From Raillietiella orientalis (taxonomy: Eukaryota): 64,000 bases of DNA. A program made the translations under genes and the position numbers. Below are positions 43,251 to 56,049 of this stretch, one piece after another (position 1 is the first letter of the stretch; each line of letters starts with the position of its first letter). The notes under the pieces are model-generated. The model had not been told where the DNA came from. It made no database searches and saw nothing but the letters and a program-made list of their open reading frames with translations. The stretch spans positions 682,001 through 746,000 of the forward strand of contig JAYWIR010000012.1 in assembly GCA_036172245.1 (NCBI GenBank), in the 5' to 3' direction.

Positions 43251-46123
43251 AATCGTCACACGCTCGTTTCCTTTTTAAGACAACGTGTTTCGTTACCTCC
43301 CTCATGTAATCCTTGCCACTAAAGCTGAAGTGATGTCCCTCTATGTCGAAACTGAATTCTGGAAGACTCGGAGCACTGGAACATGGTATCTAGCAGTTTT
43401 GTGAAAGCAAATCTACTGACGTCCGGTTACCCACCTCCATGAATTGATCACCCTTCTTTGCTATTGTCATCTGTTTAGCAAATTTCTGATAGGAATTTGA
43501 AGAAAGAACAATGCCAATGTGTTTGAAAGAGAAAACGCTAACACATTCGTCTTTGCAGAGCCTCTGTGCTCCCATTTTCACGCTGAAGAAAGATAATGCC
43601 GATCAGCAGCTTCTTAGCAAATTCTCTTGCAATCTCTTACTTGCGCAATGTGAAGAACCAAGATTCCTTGCCATCGGCTTTAAACTGAGCTCCACTGGGT
43701 TCTCCATCAGAAAGCTCTATCGTGAGATTTCCTACTTCCTGGTTATTACTTGGTTCTCTGCAAGAAGGAGGGAATCACTTACAAAGTGGCAAAATCGAGA
43801 GAGATATCATCAGTTTTCTTAATGATAAAGAAATTCACAGATCTGCAACGATTTAGAATCATTCTCATTAAGTCAATTTGCCAATACTAAAACCTGGTTC
43901 TCGAGAGTAGGTTCAAGAACGTACTTTCACCTGATCTAGAGGAGAAGAAGGTGAGTCAAAGAAAGCGCTATTCCTTTCATGCGCCAGCACCCAATTCCGT
44001 CCCTTGATAAAATTTCTCATGTAAGGTTCAAGTTCCTTAATATCTATCGGCAAACATATATCTGGTATGATTAGTCATAAGCACATTATGAATGAAGTAA
44101 AGATAAGCACCAATTACTATACGTTGACATATCTATTCCATATGGGTTTATGTGAAAATCACTATATATTTAAAAAAGGAAGTTTGTTCTACGTTTGTAT
44201 GTGGATTTATGTGGAAATTCATTCTAACATATCGTTAACACCACGTGTGAATATGTACGATTCGAAAACGCAAGCTTGTGTACTTCATACATATTAGCAT
44301 ACATTTCAACACGCAATACGTATTCATGAAATGAATATACGAATACCGAGTAAGAAAGATATCTATTTATGGAATGATAGAAAGGCGGAGAATGGACTTG
44401 GTCATATCGAGCGGGGGTTTCGTTTGTTCAGAGTGGAAACTGACACGGAGATGAAGTACCAAATGGCTTGTTCTTGTTTATTCAAGTCATTTGCTTTCTC
44501 CTATTCTTTCCCCTTATTTTCAGCTGTCTTCACTGTTTCTGATTTTGGTGAATCGATATTTGTGTAAAAAATGAAAAATATCTTTTTAACATATTTTTAT
44601 CGTGCGATATCTTTAGTGTGTGTACCGGAAAGTTATTAATGCATACGACTAATTGTAAAAAGGATATGTAAGCCAGGAAATATTAATAAATATGTGTGTG
44701 TAAATGAATTCGAATACTTATGTACATGCAAATGTAGGTCACGATGCATATACGGTTATTATTTAGTAAATATACGAATCGACGCATTTGTATTGGTATA
44801 TATCTAAAACATGAGCATTCTTTCGTAATTTTGATGTTTTGAAACCGTCCCGTTCCCATGGCATCCTGGGGCCGGCGGAAAAATAGGGGAGTGGAGGTAG
44901 GAATCGCGTGAGGAGAACCGAGGAAAGGAAGAGTGTTTGTGGTGCTCGGTTGAGGGGCCTTGCACACGTGGGGTGTGCCCTTTCCACCGCCAGATTACGG
45001 CGGTGCCTCCCTGTGCACCATGGAGCACCCCCTGCTTGTCGAAAGGGAGCTTCCGTTGTGGCTGCCGCGTGTTGGTGACGATCGGCCTGCGAACTCGCGA
45101 GCGCGTGCTCCTCGGGGAAACGACCGATTTCTCTCAAACGTCTTACCTGTGCCAGCTGAAAGTGTACTTCAAGGATTGCGAGGGAGATAGCAGGCTGTTG
45201 AAGGCATTCAGAAACACTGCTGGTGAAGCGAATTTATCTTCCGGAGGGGGACTCAATCCAAACCATCCATCAAAATTTTGTGGAACAGCATCATAATCTT
45301 TAATGTTTTGTCTTTCCACCACGGAGAAATTGACACCCTTGAGAGAAAGATCTCCAACCTGGAAGCACACAATAGCTGCATTTTGCAGCGAAGCCATCGG
45401 GATTTTTGCTATTCGAATCTCCCGAATGAATCTCCAGGAAAGGACCGCAAGTACGAAGAGATTGCTTAGAACGCGATTCAGCCATTGGTTTCTTGCATGT
45501 AAATGCTTCCTTATGTTTAACTCGAGACCACAAATAATGCAGGATTTTTCTGTTTGCAAGTTTGGATCTTTCGTCCGCTTTAGATATCGAAACTCCCGGA
45601 GATGCGGTGAAATCCTAAATTTCAGTAGGGAGTTCTCAAAATTCGAGAGGCATCAAAGTAACCAAAAATCTCGTCGTAAAACAGGCGGAAAACTCTAAAT
45701 GAGCACTAGAATATCCCCAAGAGAACGCACTTGAATATCTTCCGTTCCCACATGGTCCACTCTTAGAAAACTGGCGAGTTCCTTGTCGTCTATCTCATGA
45801 AACGTTTGTGAATTTTCAATTGTATATAAATCACCTCCATCTGAAAACGAAACTCTGTTATATTCATCAGAAAACGTGAATGTGAATATTACCTTCATCG
45901 TAATATGATACGCCCTCTTCCACGACAACCAGTAATTCATACAAGCTTGCATGTGGCAGAAGATTCACTGTTTTCTGGGGCTTTCCTATTTGTACCTTCA
46001 CGTAGTTGTACTGCAAGAGAGAAAAGGATGCTCAGCGTTGAATACTGTCGAATCCCACACGCAAATTAAGTCATCTGGAACGCTCGCTTTTGCTCCCATT
46101 GAACGCACGCAAATAAGAGACAT
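43085..46123 (-). CDS. Pepsin-family (peptidase A1) aspartic protease homolog, predicted catalytically inactive, about 340 aa, 8 exons (N-terminus uncertain)
   Basis: Exons 46061-46123(?), 45893-46010, 45731-45840, 45147-45358, 43641-43757, 43435-43582, 43297-43389, 43085-43246; all GT-AG, phase-consistent and stop-free. Pepsin landmarks in order: YNYVKVQIGKPQKTV, TEDIQ-VGDLSLKGVNF, NFDGWFGLS, YTFSWHR, VGNLTI, ESWFFTLRNVKMG, IPCSSAPSLPEFSFDIEGHHFSFSGKDY, MYFGTFFLRKYLVHF. Confidence 0.88.
44850..45125 (-). mobile_element. GC-rich LINE-like fragment in the long intron of the pepsin-like gene
   Basis: Abrupt GC-rich segment with weak resemblance to the ORF1-type pieces elsewhere in the window. 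Confidence 0.3.
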
Positions 46124-47269
46124 GGCGCAGGACATTTCTCTCAAGATGAACGCATGGTACTCTTCTCATCCCCGAAACCAACCCATGCAACGCTTTCCGA
46201 ATGGGTGCTTTTCAATGCCAAGCCTCCCGGATTTCCTACGACCCGTGAGGAAAACAAGGAGTCACGAAATTCTCTCCTGAGTGGTGCGGCACCCCTCCTG
46301 GGAACAAGCGGGAGTGGAGGGAATGCACCGAGGTATCCTCTTAGCCACGTCGTTTTCCACGCACGGTGCCATCCCATACTGCCAATTCCCACTGCAGCAT
46401 GAAGCGTCTGCTGCGAAATCTGGAAACAGCGCTTAGGCCACCGTGTAACTTGGAAACGTTTCCATGGATTGAGCGCACAACCACCAAAAGCTATGTGGTC
46501 ATCCGGTGCAACGGAAAACTCTCGTAGAAGACGAAGCGCGAAAATCACAATGCTCTAAAAGAGGTTCTCTTTCAAATGACGCTTTCTGTGGTTAATGTGG
46601 ATAGTTACGAGGCTCGGAGCTGGATGCGTCCAACAGCTTGTAAGCCTCGACTGCTGGTGGGATGATGCGTTCACCAGGAGCGCCATCGCACCAACGTTCC
46701 AGCCACGAATCTTTGAATCGAATGCGCTGATTCATCTACTCACCGAGCCATCGTTGAAGAGAGGTATTTCGTATTTCTTGGATGGACTGCGTTGATGGAG
46801 AGACTCGAGTGAGGATGACTCTTTGAAGGGCATTCGAAGATGAGGTAACCTGATGAGGTGAAAAAGCAGGAAATGCAGTGATTCCGAAGATTGGCACTCT
46901 GTGCGGAAGACAAGGTTCCATGCGAAGCAGAGGAAGAATTTTTCACTTCACGGCTCTCGGTAATCTTCTGATGGAAGGGTAGAAACGGGAACACGTGCAC
47001 TTTCCTTTCATGTCATAAGGACCAAATCCAAGAAAACTGTCATTCGATTGCAATGTAACCGAAGACGAAGGAAGTTTATTGATTCTCCGAGTGATGCGAG
47101 AGCGTCTCAGAAAATACGCGGTACTACAAGGATTTAGGTAGGTGGTGACGTCCGGCGTACCTTGCTTTCTCGTTGTCCCAATCGTGCCTACGAGAAAGCA
47201 AGGTGGGTGCGGAAAAGGGCATCGCCCCTATGCCTTCGTGAGGAGTGTGTTGATACGCAATCCGTGCTT

Positions 47270-48160
47270 ATGAGAAAGTTATAGTCGGAAAGTTGCGTGA
47301 TAGAAAAGGCAGAGAGGGCAGAGATCTTCCTCCGAAGCATCTCTTGAAGAGTTGAAACAAAAATGCGAGATGCAGAGCTGTACCTGGCGGCTTCTCCGAT
47401 GAAATAGCCAACGTGGAGCAAGAGGAATCCCAGGAAATACTTCATTGCAACTCTGCTGTTGGTGGCTGAGCCCTTCCTGAAAGGAAAAAGGGCTGAGAGC
47501 GCTGGTCAAGAGCATTCGAGTTGTCCGCTCCAGCGGAAGCGTTTTGTCTGGAACAATGGGCAGTGATCGAACAATCTTCGCAGAGATGCTATTTGGACCT
47601 GCAATGGTTCGCAGGAGGAAGGACTTTGGCTCCCAGGTAGAGTCAGAACACTGTCACGTGAACTTGGCGTTGAACTTGCTTGCTAATCCTTAAGACTCTT
47701 CGCAGATGCTGGAGCGCGTGTTGAGGAATCGCACCGCCAGGAAGATTATCCAGGAGATTGTTCCGCTGGCACGCAAGTAAGAGGAAATCGTGTTGCTCAG
47801 CTGTCGTACCAAGGCCGGCAACCGGCAACACAGGAGTCACAGGATGTGCAGTATGGGATGGCATTTTGCATCTCGTTCCCTGAAGCGGCGTCTTGATTGT
47901 CCCAGTATCACGAGAAACGGTTTGTCAAGCCAGGTCCTTCAGAATCAGAATTTTTTATTGACAGTGGAAAATTTTGCCTGCTGTTTCTACGCAGAACAAT
48001 GAAGAGGGACTGCGATTGGTGAGGTGATTTTCTTACTACATGATGCTTCCATATCGTTTCGATGAAAGAGGCTGGCATTTGCTCAGCACTTTCTGGCGTT
48101 CCAGCTGTGCACAAAAGGTACAAGCTGCCGGAACCCCAGAGGTGCGTTCTTGAAACGATG
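47270..48160 (+). repeat. Duplicated block B (upstream flank of the pepsin-like gene); partner at 63145-64000
   Basis: Collinear shared strings GCTCCAGCGG, AATGGTTCGCAGGA, CGCGTGTTGAGGAAT, TCAGCTGTCG, CGATGAA. Confidence 0.8.
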
Positions 48161-49649
48161 CATGCTATTTTCGACGCAGCAGGTGTTGTGGATGTCCACC
48201 AATTTCGATTCGCAACACCACAAGCAAGAGGCTCTTGATCTGTGTCCTCGTTCTTTTGTATGACGTCTGCTAGAGTCAGTTATGAATCACCAACGTGAAT
48301 GCCGGTTTCGCCATCCTAAATGAATGTCTTTGAAAAGTGGTGCAGTCTTCTATTTAGCTTCAGTCCGATGGAGAGCAGCGAGTTTGTCAGGGTCTTGCTA
48401 TGAGTGGATGAAAGGTTATCACATGGAGGGCTCATCGTAATCGTCAGTTGTTCTTGAAGAACTTTGTGATGATACCATTCATGTTTGAAAGTAACCAAGT
48501 CGGGACATTGAGGAATTGGTGAATTCGCTACACTTCAACATGGTTGTGTTGAAGTGTAGAGAGTTTTCCAATTATTCATTGCATGTCATCGTCATCAACT
48601 GCTGGTCATTGCACCAAACTTTTCTTCCGAAATTCTTAAGCTCTTACGTTAATGAAGACTTACATCCTCATTTACCTGAGACGAAATTTGCAGCTTGCAG
48701 GGAAGGGTGGTTGTAAGCGGCGATCGTCGTGGACCAGCTAAGCAGATTTCGATCTGGATGTTCACAGGAAGCGGAATGTCCTCAAGCTAAGCACAGATGA
48801 ACAGGCAAGGTTACCAGGAGATGGCGGACCGGTTCTGATCTGAAATCGAGAACGTTTGCCGTTTTGTCATTTTTCTGCAGGTGGCTATACCAATGAGAAC
48901 TCACAGCTCGAGGGCCACGTTCTTCAGGTGTATTCATCTCATGCAAACAATTCCTTATTCTGATGGGACCACATCCTGCGTTGCTATGACAGACTTTGAA
49001 TTGTGCAAGTGTCAAACTGCATTTTTCCAAAATGGAAATTTAGGTGATATCCCTTTGACATTGAGGTCTGCAATTGTGTGTGTTTCCTAGATGAAATTTA
49101 GAATTACTCAAAAAATATTAAAGAAATTCTGTGTGTAATGCGCTCGGTTTACGGACCAAGACCAAAGTTCCATTGCTCTTGGTGATTGCGAGAGTAATCG
49201 CTCTGCGCGAAAATTAGAATTTTCTATGTTCAGCAGTTTCCCTCAGCAGCTCACTCCTCCTTTGGAAGAGTTAGTTATAAGAAGAGTTGCCTAGTCGTCC
49301 ACTGTGGGAAGTTGAACTGCCTACGGCCTCAACGAAGAGCTGGAGGTGACCGTTGGACGAGGTATTCTCACTCGCTCACGCCTAAGAGTTTACTATAAAA
49401 GAATACAAACTCTTTCTGGAGGTGGTTCCATGTTTCTGTAGGGAATGAGCATTGCCGTCACTTCCGTATATTTCCGAAAAACTGCCTGTTGGGAGCATTC
49501 TTTGGAAAGGCCTTCGCACGGAAAAAAGGGGTAAGCGTACACACAGAAAATGAAGAAATATTGAACAAAAAGAACTTAAATGTTTGGAAATGCAAGCAAG
49601 AGAGGCAATTCTAGCCTGTTCCCCACCTGTCTCCATCCCGCACTTGTCA

Positions 49650-52420
49650 CAGCCTTAGACCGCACTTGGTCCAGAGCCTGAGACGTGCAGTGCTTAGAAT
49701 GGTCCCTGGGTGCTGCAGAGGTGCCACATGGTGCCTCAAGGCGGTGCTCGAATTCAATCCGTGGGTTATCACCACGGTTCGAATGACCGTGAACAAACCT
49801 TTCCGCAACGATCTGAGGGCAACAGAACGCATCAGCAGGTGCTGGAATGGTTCAGCTTGCCGTCACCAGACACACTTCGGCGCCATATTTCCCCTCGTTT
49901 AGCAATACGAGAAGAGCGCGTCTTTTGTTCTTTTGCTTGGCGTTCTACTAGTCAGGCTACTCGTTACTGTCTTTTGCGACTCTCCTAGAGGCTGGTATCA
50001 GTGAGGCTCGGAAAATCGAATAAATGCCAGAAAAGTAGCACTCTCAAGAGGAAATGTGAGGGAAGAGTTCTTTACCTTGGCCATCTTCACACGTGGAGAC
50101 GTGAGCAGGAGCCGGAGAAATATCGACTCACCAAAGAGCGAATGATACGCAGGAAGGTGGAGGCAGCATGAGCACCCGCTGCCCAGGTGCACGCCGGATC
50201 CCGGGCCATGTAGGTGCCACTTAGATGGCCCAGGGACTCCGGGAGATGCTACAGCACAATGTTTGGCCGACATGGACTTTTGCCAGTGGTGCGTTTTACA
50301 GCAGGAGAGCCGCGCGAAGGGAACGTTCGTAAGGGTGAGCATGAGGAACTTTTGGTGTTCTTCGTGAGATGAGCCCTGGAGAACTCGGGACGTTTCCGGA
50401 GGCTGCCCAAACCATCCATATGCTTCGAGGGAAGACGGTCTTTTTGCTCTAAGAGGGACATCGAGTTGCAAAGTTCAGCGTATTTCATAGTTGCACTATG
50501 AAATACGCTGAAAAGCCGCATTCGCTCTGGAGATTCGAGAGACGATACTGCAAGATACCGGACGTTTTCTTAGAGTATCAGGGATAGGAAGTCGATCTTC
50601 CGGGATCTATCCAAGAATCAAAGAGGCGGTTCCTTTTTGGTTTCGTTTCAGGTTATGAGAAACCAAAATGGGGGGAGCCGTTCGCTTACGGAGTGTTTGT
50701 GGGCACACGGTGCGACGATGTCTCGTTTGCTGAAAAGTCCAAGGTTTGAGATCATCCGCGGGACGTTGGAAACGAAATTCCAGGATGGTGACGTTCAGTG
50801 CGTGTTCCCGAAATGGATGAGCCCAGTTCTTTTCCCGCTCGGGGAATGCAAGTGACACGCATGCGAAAGCCGTCTCGAGTCGACCACCTGGAGAATGAAG
50901 GCCATGAGCGTGAGGATGCGAAAGTGGCCTGTTTAGCCACCGGAACGGCCGTTCAGGAGGGGGAGGCAGGCATTGGAGACGCGATGCGACAGCAGGTGCT
51001 CAGCAGGGAAACAGTTTGAAGAGAGGGAAGTCCGGCGCACTGGTGGGTGACGAAGGGGCGCGGATGCGTGGGATGAGGATGGAGGGATGAGATGCGAGCC
51101 GTGCCGTGTAGCTCTCGATCGCGCTCACGTGCTGGAAGGGCGCCTTCTGGTGATGCGGTGCGCGAGGATCCAATCAGCGTTGCACGGAGCAACTGATGTC
51201 ACGAGACGCGGGGACAGTCGTGCATCATCGAAGGTTAGCCACCTGTCGACAACAGCAGAAAAGTCTTCCTTTAAAGGAAGGAAGGTGGGGAGTGGGGAGA
51301 AAAGAGGAACTTTTGGTCTGCCTCCCGAAGAACCTGTAGCCTTTTCACCCTACGTGGAAACCTCCGTGTTCCCGCTTCGTGGTAACAGGATGTTCTGCTG
51401 TTTCTGCACTGGGGACTCCAGTGCAATTAGTTCAGACACCTGGTTTCTGGGGGGTTGCGTCCTTAATTTGTCTTAGGTGCAGAGCGATAGAATCGCTTCC
51501 GCACTCAGTTTTGGACTGCAGTGACTTGCAAGAGCTGTGGCGGAGACTCACCACGGGTCTCCATCAACTCCAAGACACTGCCATCCACCTGCTTCTTTAG
51601 CAAAGACGGACTGGAAAAGGGCGTTGTGATTTCACACCCAGGTGCGCCGGGGCGTTTATTGCTCTTAGACAGATCGATGGAGCCAAAAGCTTCACCGATT
51701 CCAATTATTACACTAAAACTAGGGGGAAGCCGGCGAGGTCCATCACGTCCACGAAGAAGAAGGGGGTAAAACAAAACTAGAGAAAAGAGAAACAGACTAT
51801 AACAAACAATAAAAACTAACCCAAAAAAATTAGTTGGGGGAAGGGATGGGATCACATTTCGAGGTGGGTGAGGCCTCTGCATCCGTTGAAGGATGCCGGC
51901 GAGCTCCTCCTTCTCTCTTTCCAGGTGGGGCCACCTCAAAGCTATCCGCATGAAGCGAATGGCGTGCAGGGCAGCCCCCTCGTCTCTCCGACCTCTCTCG
52001 GCGTGGCACTTCGCCGCGACGACACTGCGCACGCAGCACAGAGCTGCGATTGCGGCTGCGGGCGTCATGGCGTCCCACACGAAGAGGGACCTCAAAGAGT
52101 CTATGGAATCGTCCACGGGGTGTGTAGGGACGCAGAGAAACTTTCCCATAATTCCCGGAGAGCGACACACTGCACTATGAGGTGGGGGAAAGTCTCCTTC
52201 TCTCCACACCTGGCACAATTGGGCGATGCGCTTCCCCTCGTCCAGTGGTGCCGGAGCGCATTGCACAGAAGACCTCAGTGCAGTATCATCAGCGCCGACT
52301 GCTGCCACTTGAGGGAAAGCAGCTTACTGTCCCTGAGCACAGGGGGCACTTCCAACTCTTCGGGCTGAATGGAGAAGAGTTAGCCTCAATGTTCCAGTCC
52401 TTTGGAGACGGTTCTTGGTG
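49650..52420. mobile_element. L1/Tx1-clade LINE ORF2 fragments
   Basis: 49670-50430 is homologous to 41440-42100. A plus-strand thumb AKVACLATGTAVQEGEAGIGD leads to zf-RVT CRAIESLPHSVLDCSDLQELW (50500-51620). A minus-strand zf-RVT SPNCARCGEKETFPHLIVQCVALRELW has a T-rich 3' tail (51760-52370). Confidence 0.8.
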
Positions 52421-52699
52421 TTACTGCTTCAGCCAGCTGACGCGTAGTCCAGCCACCCATAGCCTTCCTCCAAAGTGCTTCTTTTTTTTACTTTTTCTTT
52501 TACTTTTCTTTTTCTTTTTTCCCCATCTCCCTCCGCTGCCGAAGAGAGTCGAGTCAGTCTGCGTACGGAGACCCGGCAGGTCCCATGGTGTGCTGGGCGT
52601 AGTGGAACCTTGTACCACAAACGTAAAGAAGGGTTTTAATAAACGCTTCGGCGTGACCGGATGGCAACACCCAAGCCGGCGAGTAGACGGTCTACCGGG

Positions 52700-53535
52700 A
52701 ATCCTCCGCAGAACACTCGGACTGAGCGCTTGAGAGCGTTCCAGTCTTCGAGTCGCTGCACTGTTGCTTTTCGCAGGAAGGCGCGGAGGTGCTCCACTGG
52801 CCCGAGGAGACGCATCCAGTCTCCCGGTATATGCCACACGGAGGGCGGGGGCCTTTCTGCGTGGCAGCATTTCGAACTCAATTCGGGAATGGTCCGACAG
52901 CTCCGACGGCATCCTGTTCCGGCAACTCACTCGCGCGTTCAGGTGCTCGTCGAGGAAGACGTGGTCGATGCTGTTTTCCACCCCCGGTCGCCGTCAAGCA
53001 AGTTGCGCGCGCGTACGGACGCGCACAGTTCGTTGACGTGGTGGAGTTCGGCGATGTTCCCACCTGAAAAGCCGTCGCATGTTGAAGTCGCCTGCAATCA
53101 GATGGGCCTTGCACACGCCTGTCATCCAGCCATCCGCGCTGTAGGGAGTCGAAAAAGTTTTTCCGTTCCCTGTGCAGGTGGGAGCCAGTCGGCGCATAGA
53201 CATTGGTAAGCACGAGGTCGATCGAGTTGGACCATTTGAGCACAAGATGGCCGACGCGACCTTCAGCGTCGAACCGTACGCTATGTACCGTACGCATAAT
53301 GGCTGATGCAGTCAGGAATGCCTCCCCTCTCGATTTACGCGTGCCAAACCGCCAATGCAGCTTTCCGACCGCGGTCCTTTCGAAGTCGGCGACATCCTCG
53401 TAGGAGATAACGTGGATCTCTTGGAGTAGAGCCAAGTCGAAGTTTCGTAGAGTGGGCTTTGCCGCGTCTTTTTCTGACGTCGCACAGGCCGTTCACGTTC
53501 CAAATGGCCACACGCAAGCGACGGGAGGACACGAA
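52700..53535 (-). pseudogene. LINE ORF2 apurinic-like endonuclease (APE) domain, frameshifted
   Basis: WNVNGL, ALLQEIH, SRGEAFL, DAEGRV, NVYAP, IAGDFN, SIDHVF and SDH motifs spread over three frames. Confidence 0.9.
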
Positions 53536-53539
53536 TCCG

Positions 53540-54738
53540 CGTATTACTGCCGGGAATCTGGCAGTGCGGCCCCCTTCTGGCTTGCAGGTGGCGCGTTCTC
53601 GTTGGGGGAAGGCATTTCACGGACTTCCGTGGCACCCCCTATGCCCTCTTCACCTTGCGGCGGGAAGGGCGGGGCTGTCTCCAAGGAGGAGTCCTGTGAG
53701 CCTTCCTCCATCTTTGGGTCAGAACCAGCGTCGTTCCCCCCTTGCAGGGACACTTCCCTGTGGACCGCTTCTACATGGAGCGCGGTCTTGTGGAGTAGTC
53801 CCTGCACGGGAGGCGACGGTTCTGCGTTCGCCTCTACCTCAGAGGTCGGGCAGAGCGATTCTTTCGCGGTAGGCCCGCGTATATCGTCCCGAGCGACTCT
53901 CGCGGCCGCGCGCGTCATCACGCTCGGGCGCTTTCCAGAGGCTGGCGAGAGGTTTGCAGGGCTGCTGCCAGGAGCCGCTGGTGATACGCCGTCGAGGTCA
54001 ACAACCTTGACGACCCGCATGTTGCAGGTCCCGTCTACCGTGCTCTCGGTCGCGGATGGTGTGATCTTTCTCCGCAGGAGAGACGGTGCGCTGAACCGCA
54101 GCTACCGCGTTTTTTATTTTCGCGAGTCGCGGAATGACATTGCGCGCGGCCTTTCTTTTTCCCATTTCTGTTTTTTCGGGCAGATGACCTGCACCCAGCC
54201 TGTTTCCTTCTCCCCCTCCTTGACTCCCACATGGTTGCCTGCCTCAAGTGCAGGCGTGGTGGATGCCGCTGGTTGCGGGTAACCTTCCGGAACCGCCTCC
54301 GATGCAAAATCGGCCGCGAGCGCTCGGTTTTTCCCATTTTTTGTATTCTTTTTATTTTTTTTGTTTCTGTTTTCTTTTTTCTTCATCTTTGTGGCTGACG
54401 CATGTTTAACCAGGTAGAGGGCACACGAACTGGATGTGTCCCTTCGCGCCACAACGGTAGCATTCGATGTCGGGACACCCCCTCTTCCGTTTCCGAGACT
54501 TGCCACAGTGGGCGCACACAAGGGGCCTCCTCGAGCACCAGACGCCGACGGGTTCCCTGCCGACGTCCAATCTGCGGGGTAGGACGCTACCCCTTCCACG
54601 GACGGTAATGAGGGCCGCTGACCAGACCTGCTGATACCTGGTGTGCAGGGAAGACGCAGGGCTTCGCCCACAGTGCGTGCACCGCCGCGAACTCTTCCAA
54701 TTTCCGATGGACCGCCTCCTAGGTCGTCCTCACCGTCA
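53540..54738 (-). mobile_element. LINE ORF1 fragments, including a degenerate zinc knuckle
   Basis: VCAHCGKSRKRKRGC near 54475-54520; low-complexity ORF1 tail abuts the APE start. Confidence 0.6.
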
Positions 54739-54956
54739 AAAGAAGACGGGCAGCTTGGGATAGAAAAATTCTGGGCTGGAGCTTTAAGGAGAGAGGTGCT
54801 TGAAGGAGATGTTGAAACGGGATCTTTAATGGCTGGTCAAAGTGTTGGCATGGTTGATAAAGAAAAGCCCGTAAAAGAAGTGATAGATGTGTTAGTTCAA
54901 CAGGCAAACAATTATATCTAAAAAAACGAATAAAAGTTCTACGTGCGAAGAATAGT
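54736..54956 (+). pseudogene. C-terminal fragment of a bacterial nitronate monooxygenase / FabK-like flavin oxidoreductase
   Basis: IEKFWAGALRREVLEGDVETGSLMAGQSVGMVDKEKPVKEVID; the TAA at 54919-54921 looks premature because the frame continues KTNKSSTCEE*. Confidence 0.8.
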
Positions 54957-54957
54957 A

Positions 54958-55125
54958 AGGAATGTGATTTGTCGAAATTTGTTCACGATAACTCTCGGCA
55001 TAATTTAAAGCAAAAGCGTACTGATTGTACGAACAATCTAGAAAAACTTGAAGAGCTGAGAAAAGTTTTCTCGCTGCCAAATGTTCCGAAGCGCATCGAG
55101 GTTTATGATAATATCTGGAAATCAG
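54958..55125 (+). pseudogene. uvrC: Internal fragment of excinuclease ABC subunit C
   Basis: NLEKLEELRKVFSLPNVPKRIEVYDN, then after a small deletion ISGNQ (UvrC RIExxDNSHIxG motif). Confidence 0.85.
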
Positions 55126-55287
55126 AGAGAGTGTTGGACTCACGGTCAAGTGTAAGGTAGTTTAGCCCTGCATTTTTCAAAAATTCAATTCCTCTTGATT
55201 ATTTCACTTAATATTTTACTTGAGATTTGCTTCTGTTGTTCTACAAGCTTGCCTGGCGAATTTTCAAACCATTTAAGGGATTTATCG
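55123..55287 (-). pseudogene. uvrA: Internal fragment of excinuclease ABC subunit A
   Basis: DKSLKWFENSPGKLVEQQKQISSKILSEIIKR / frameshift / IEFLKNAGLNYLTLDRESNTLS, the segment preceding the UvrA LSGGE signature. Confidence 0.85.
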
Positions 55288-55387
55288 TTGCGGAAACTTT
55301 TCTCCTTCCAACTCTTTTATTTCCTTATATTTCATCCTTTCAAATATTTGATCTTACTCACCTTCTCACAATTTTGAAAGAGGTCTA
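55286..55387 (-). mobile_element. Left end of an IS5-family insertion sequence (terminal repeat plus transposase start)
   Basis: TAGACCTCTTTCAAAATT end, then ATG at 55335 giving MKYKEIKELEGEKF, which resembles Wolbachia IS5-family transposase N-termini as I recall them. Confidence 0.6.
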
Positions 55388-55532
55388 TTCACAATTCACA
55401 CATACGTTCGGGAATGTGGGATTTGTGCAAATGCTATCCTTCAGTTGATTTTTACATTGAAAAAAATTCCTGACCGAGGTGATTTTTTGCATATAATTCT
55501 AAGTATATTAATAATTGATTAAAGAGGTAGTT

Positions 55533-55896
55533 ATGCCAATTTTTAAAAGTCATCGTGGTCAATTCCACAAAATGAACACTGCACTTCTCCGTACGTCGCA
55601 ACGGTGTTACTGCTACTACTTTTCAGCGAGGTGTGGAAATGCATGATGAAGAGATTACTGCTATAAAAAACACTTCCTGCTCTAAAACAGGGGTTCTACC
55701 TAATCTCATGAATAAAATTATTCTGAGTACTGAATCTAGGTTGTCGCCACTTCAATTAGCGATAATGTGTGGTTGGAAAGAAGTCATCATCGAATTAATT
55801 AAAAAAGGAGCGAACCCTAACAAAACACTTGGTGTACAAGGCATTACTATTCTTCAACTTATGTGTACCGCTGCTGTTTTTAAAGATAAGCAATAG
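55533..55896 (+). pseudogene. 5' fragment of a bacterial ankyrin-repeat gene
   Basis: Shine-Dalgarno-like AAAGAGGT before the ATG at 55533; frameshifted; LSPLQLAIMCGWKEVIIELIKKGANPN ankyrin repeat. Confidence 0.65.
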
Positions 55897-56049
55897 GACA
55901 AATCAAAAAGAACGTTTTTCGCCTATAATTGGGGATTTAGGCGAATTTATAATATGCCCTATTTGTCTTCCCCATAGCGAAGGTTGGTATTAGATTCAAT
56001 TTTCATAATTTTCCCGTCGACTGACAAGACGGTATCTTTTTTCTCTTCC

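Noticed and set aside
43783..43842. 60-nt phase-preserving cassette exon in the pepsin-like gene
   Set aside because: It would need a 25-nt downstream intron, well below the 45-nt minimum seen here, and the pepsin alignment is complete without it.
53452..54282. 276-aa plus-strand ORF and similar long GC-rich ORFs (51505-52308, 37533-38081)
   Set aside because: Antisense or off-frame shadows of LINE ORF1/ORF2 fragments.
54958..55287. uvrC-uvrA as a transferred functional repair module
   Set aside because: Both are about 165-bp internal fragments, convergent, with indels; the adjacency is probably chance.
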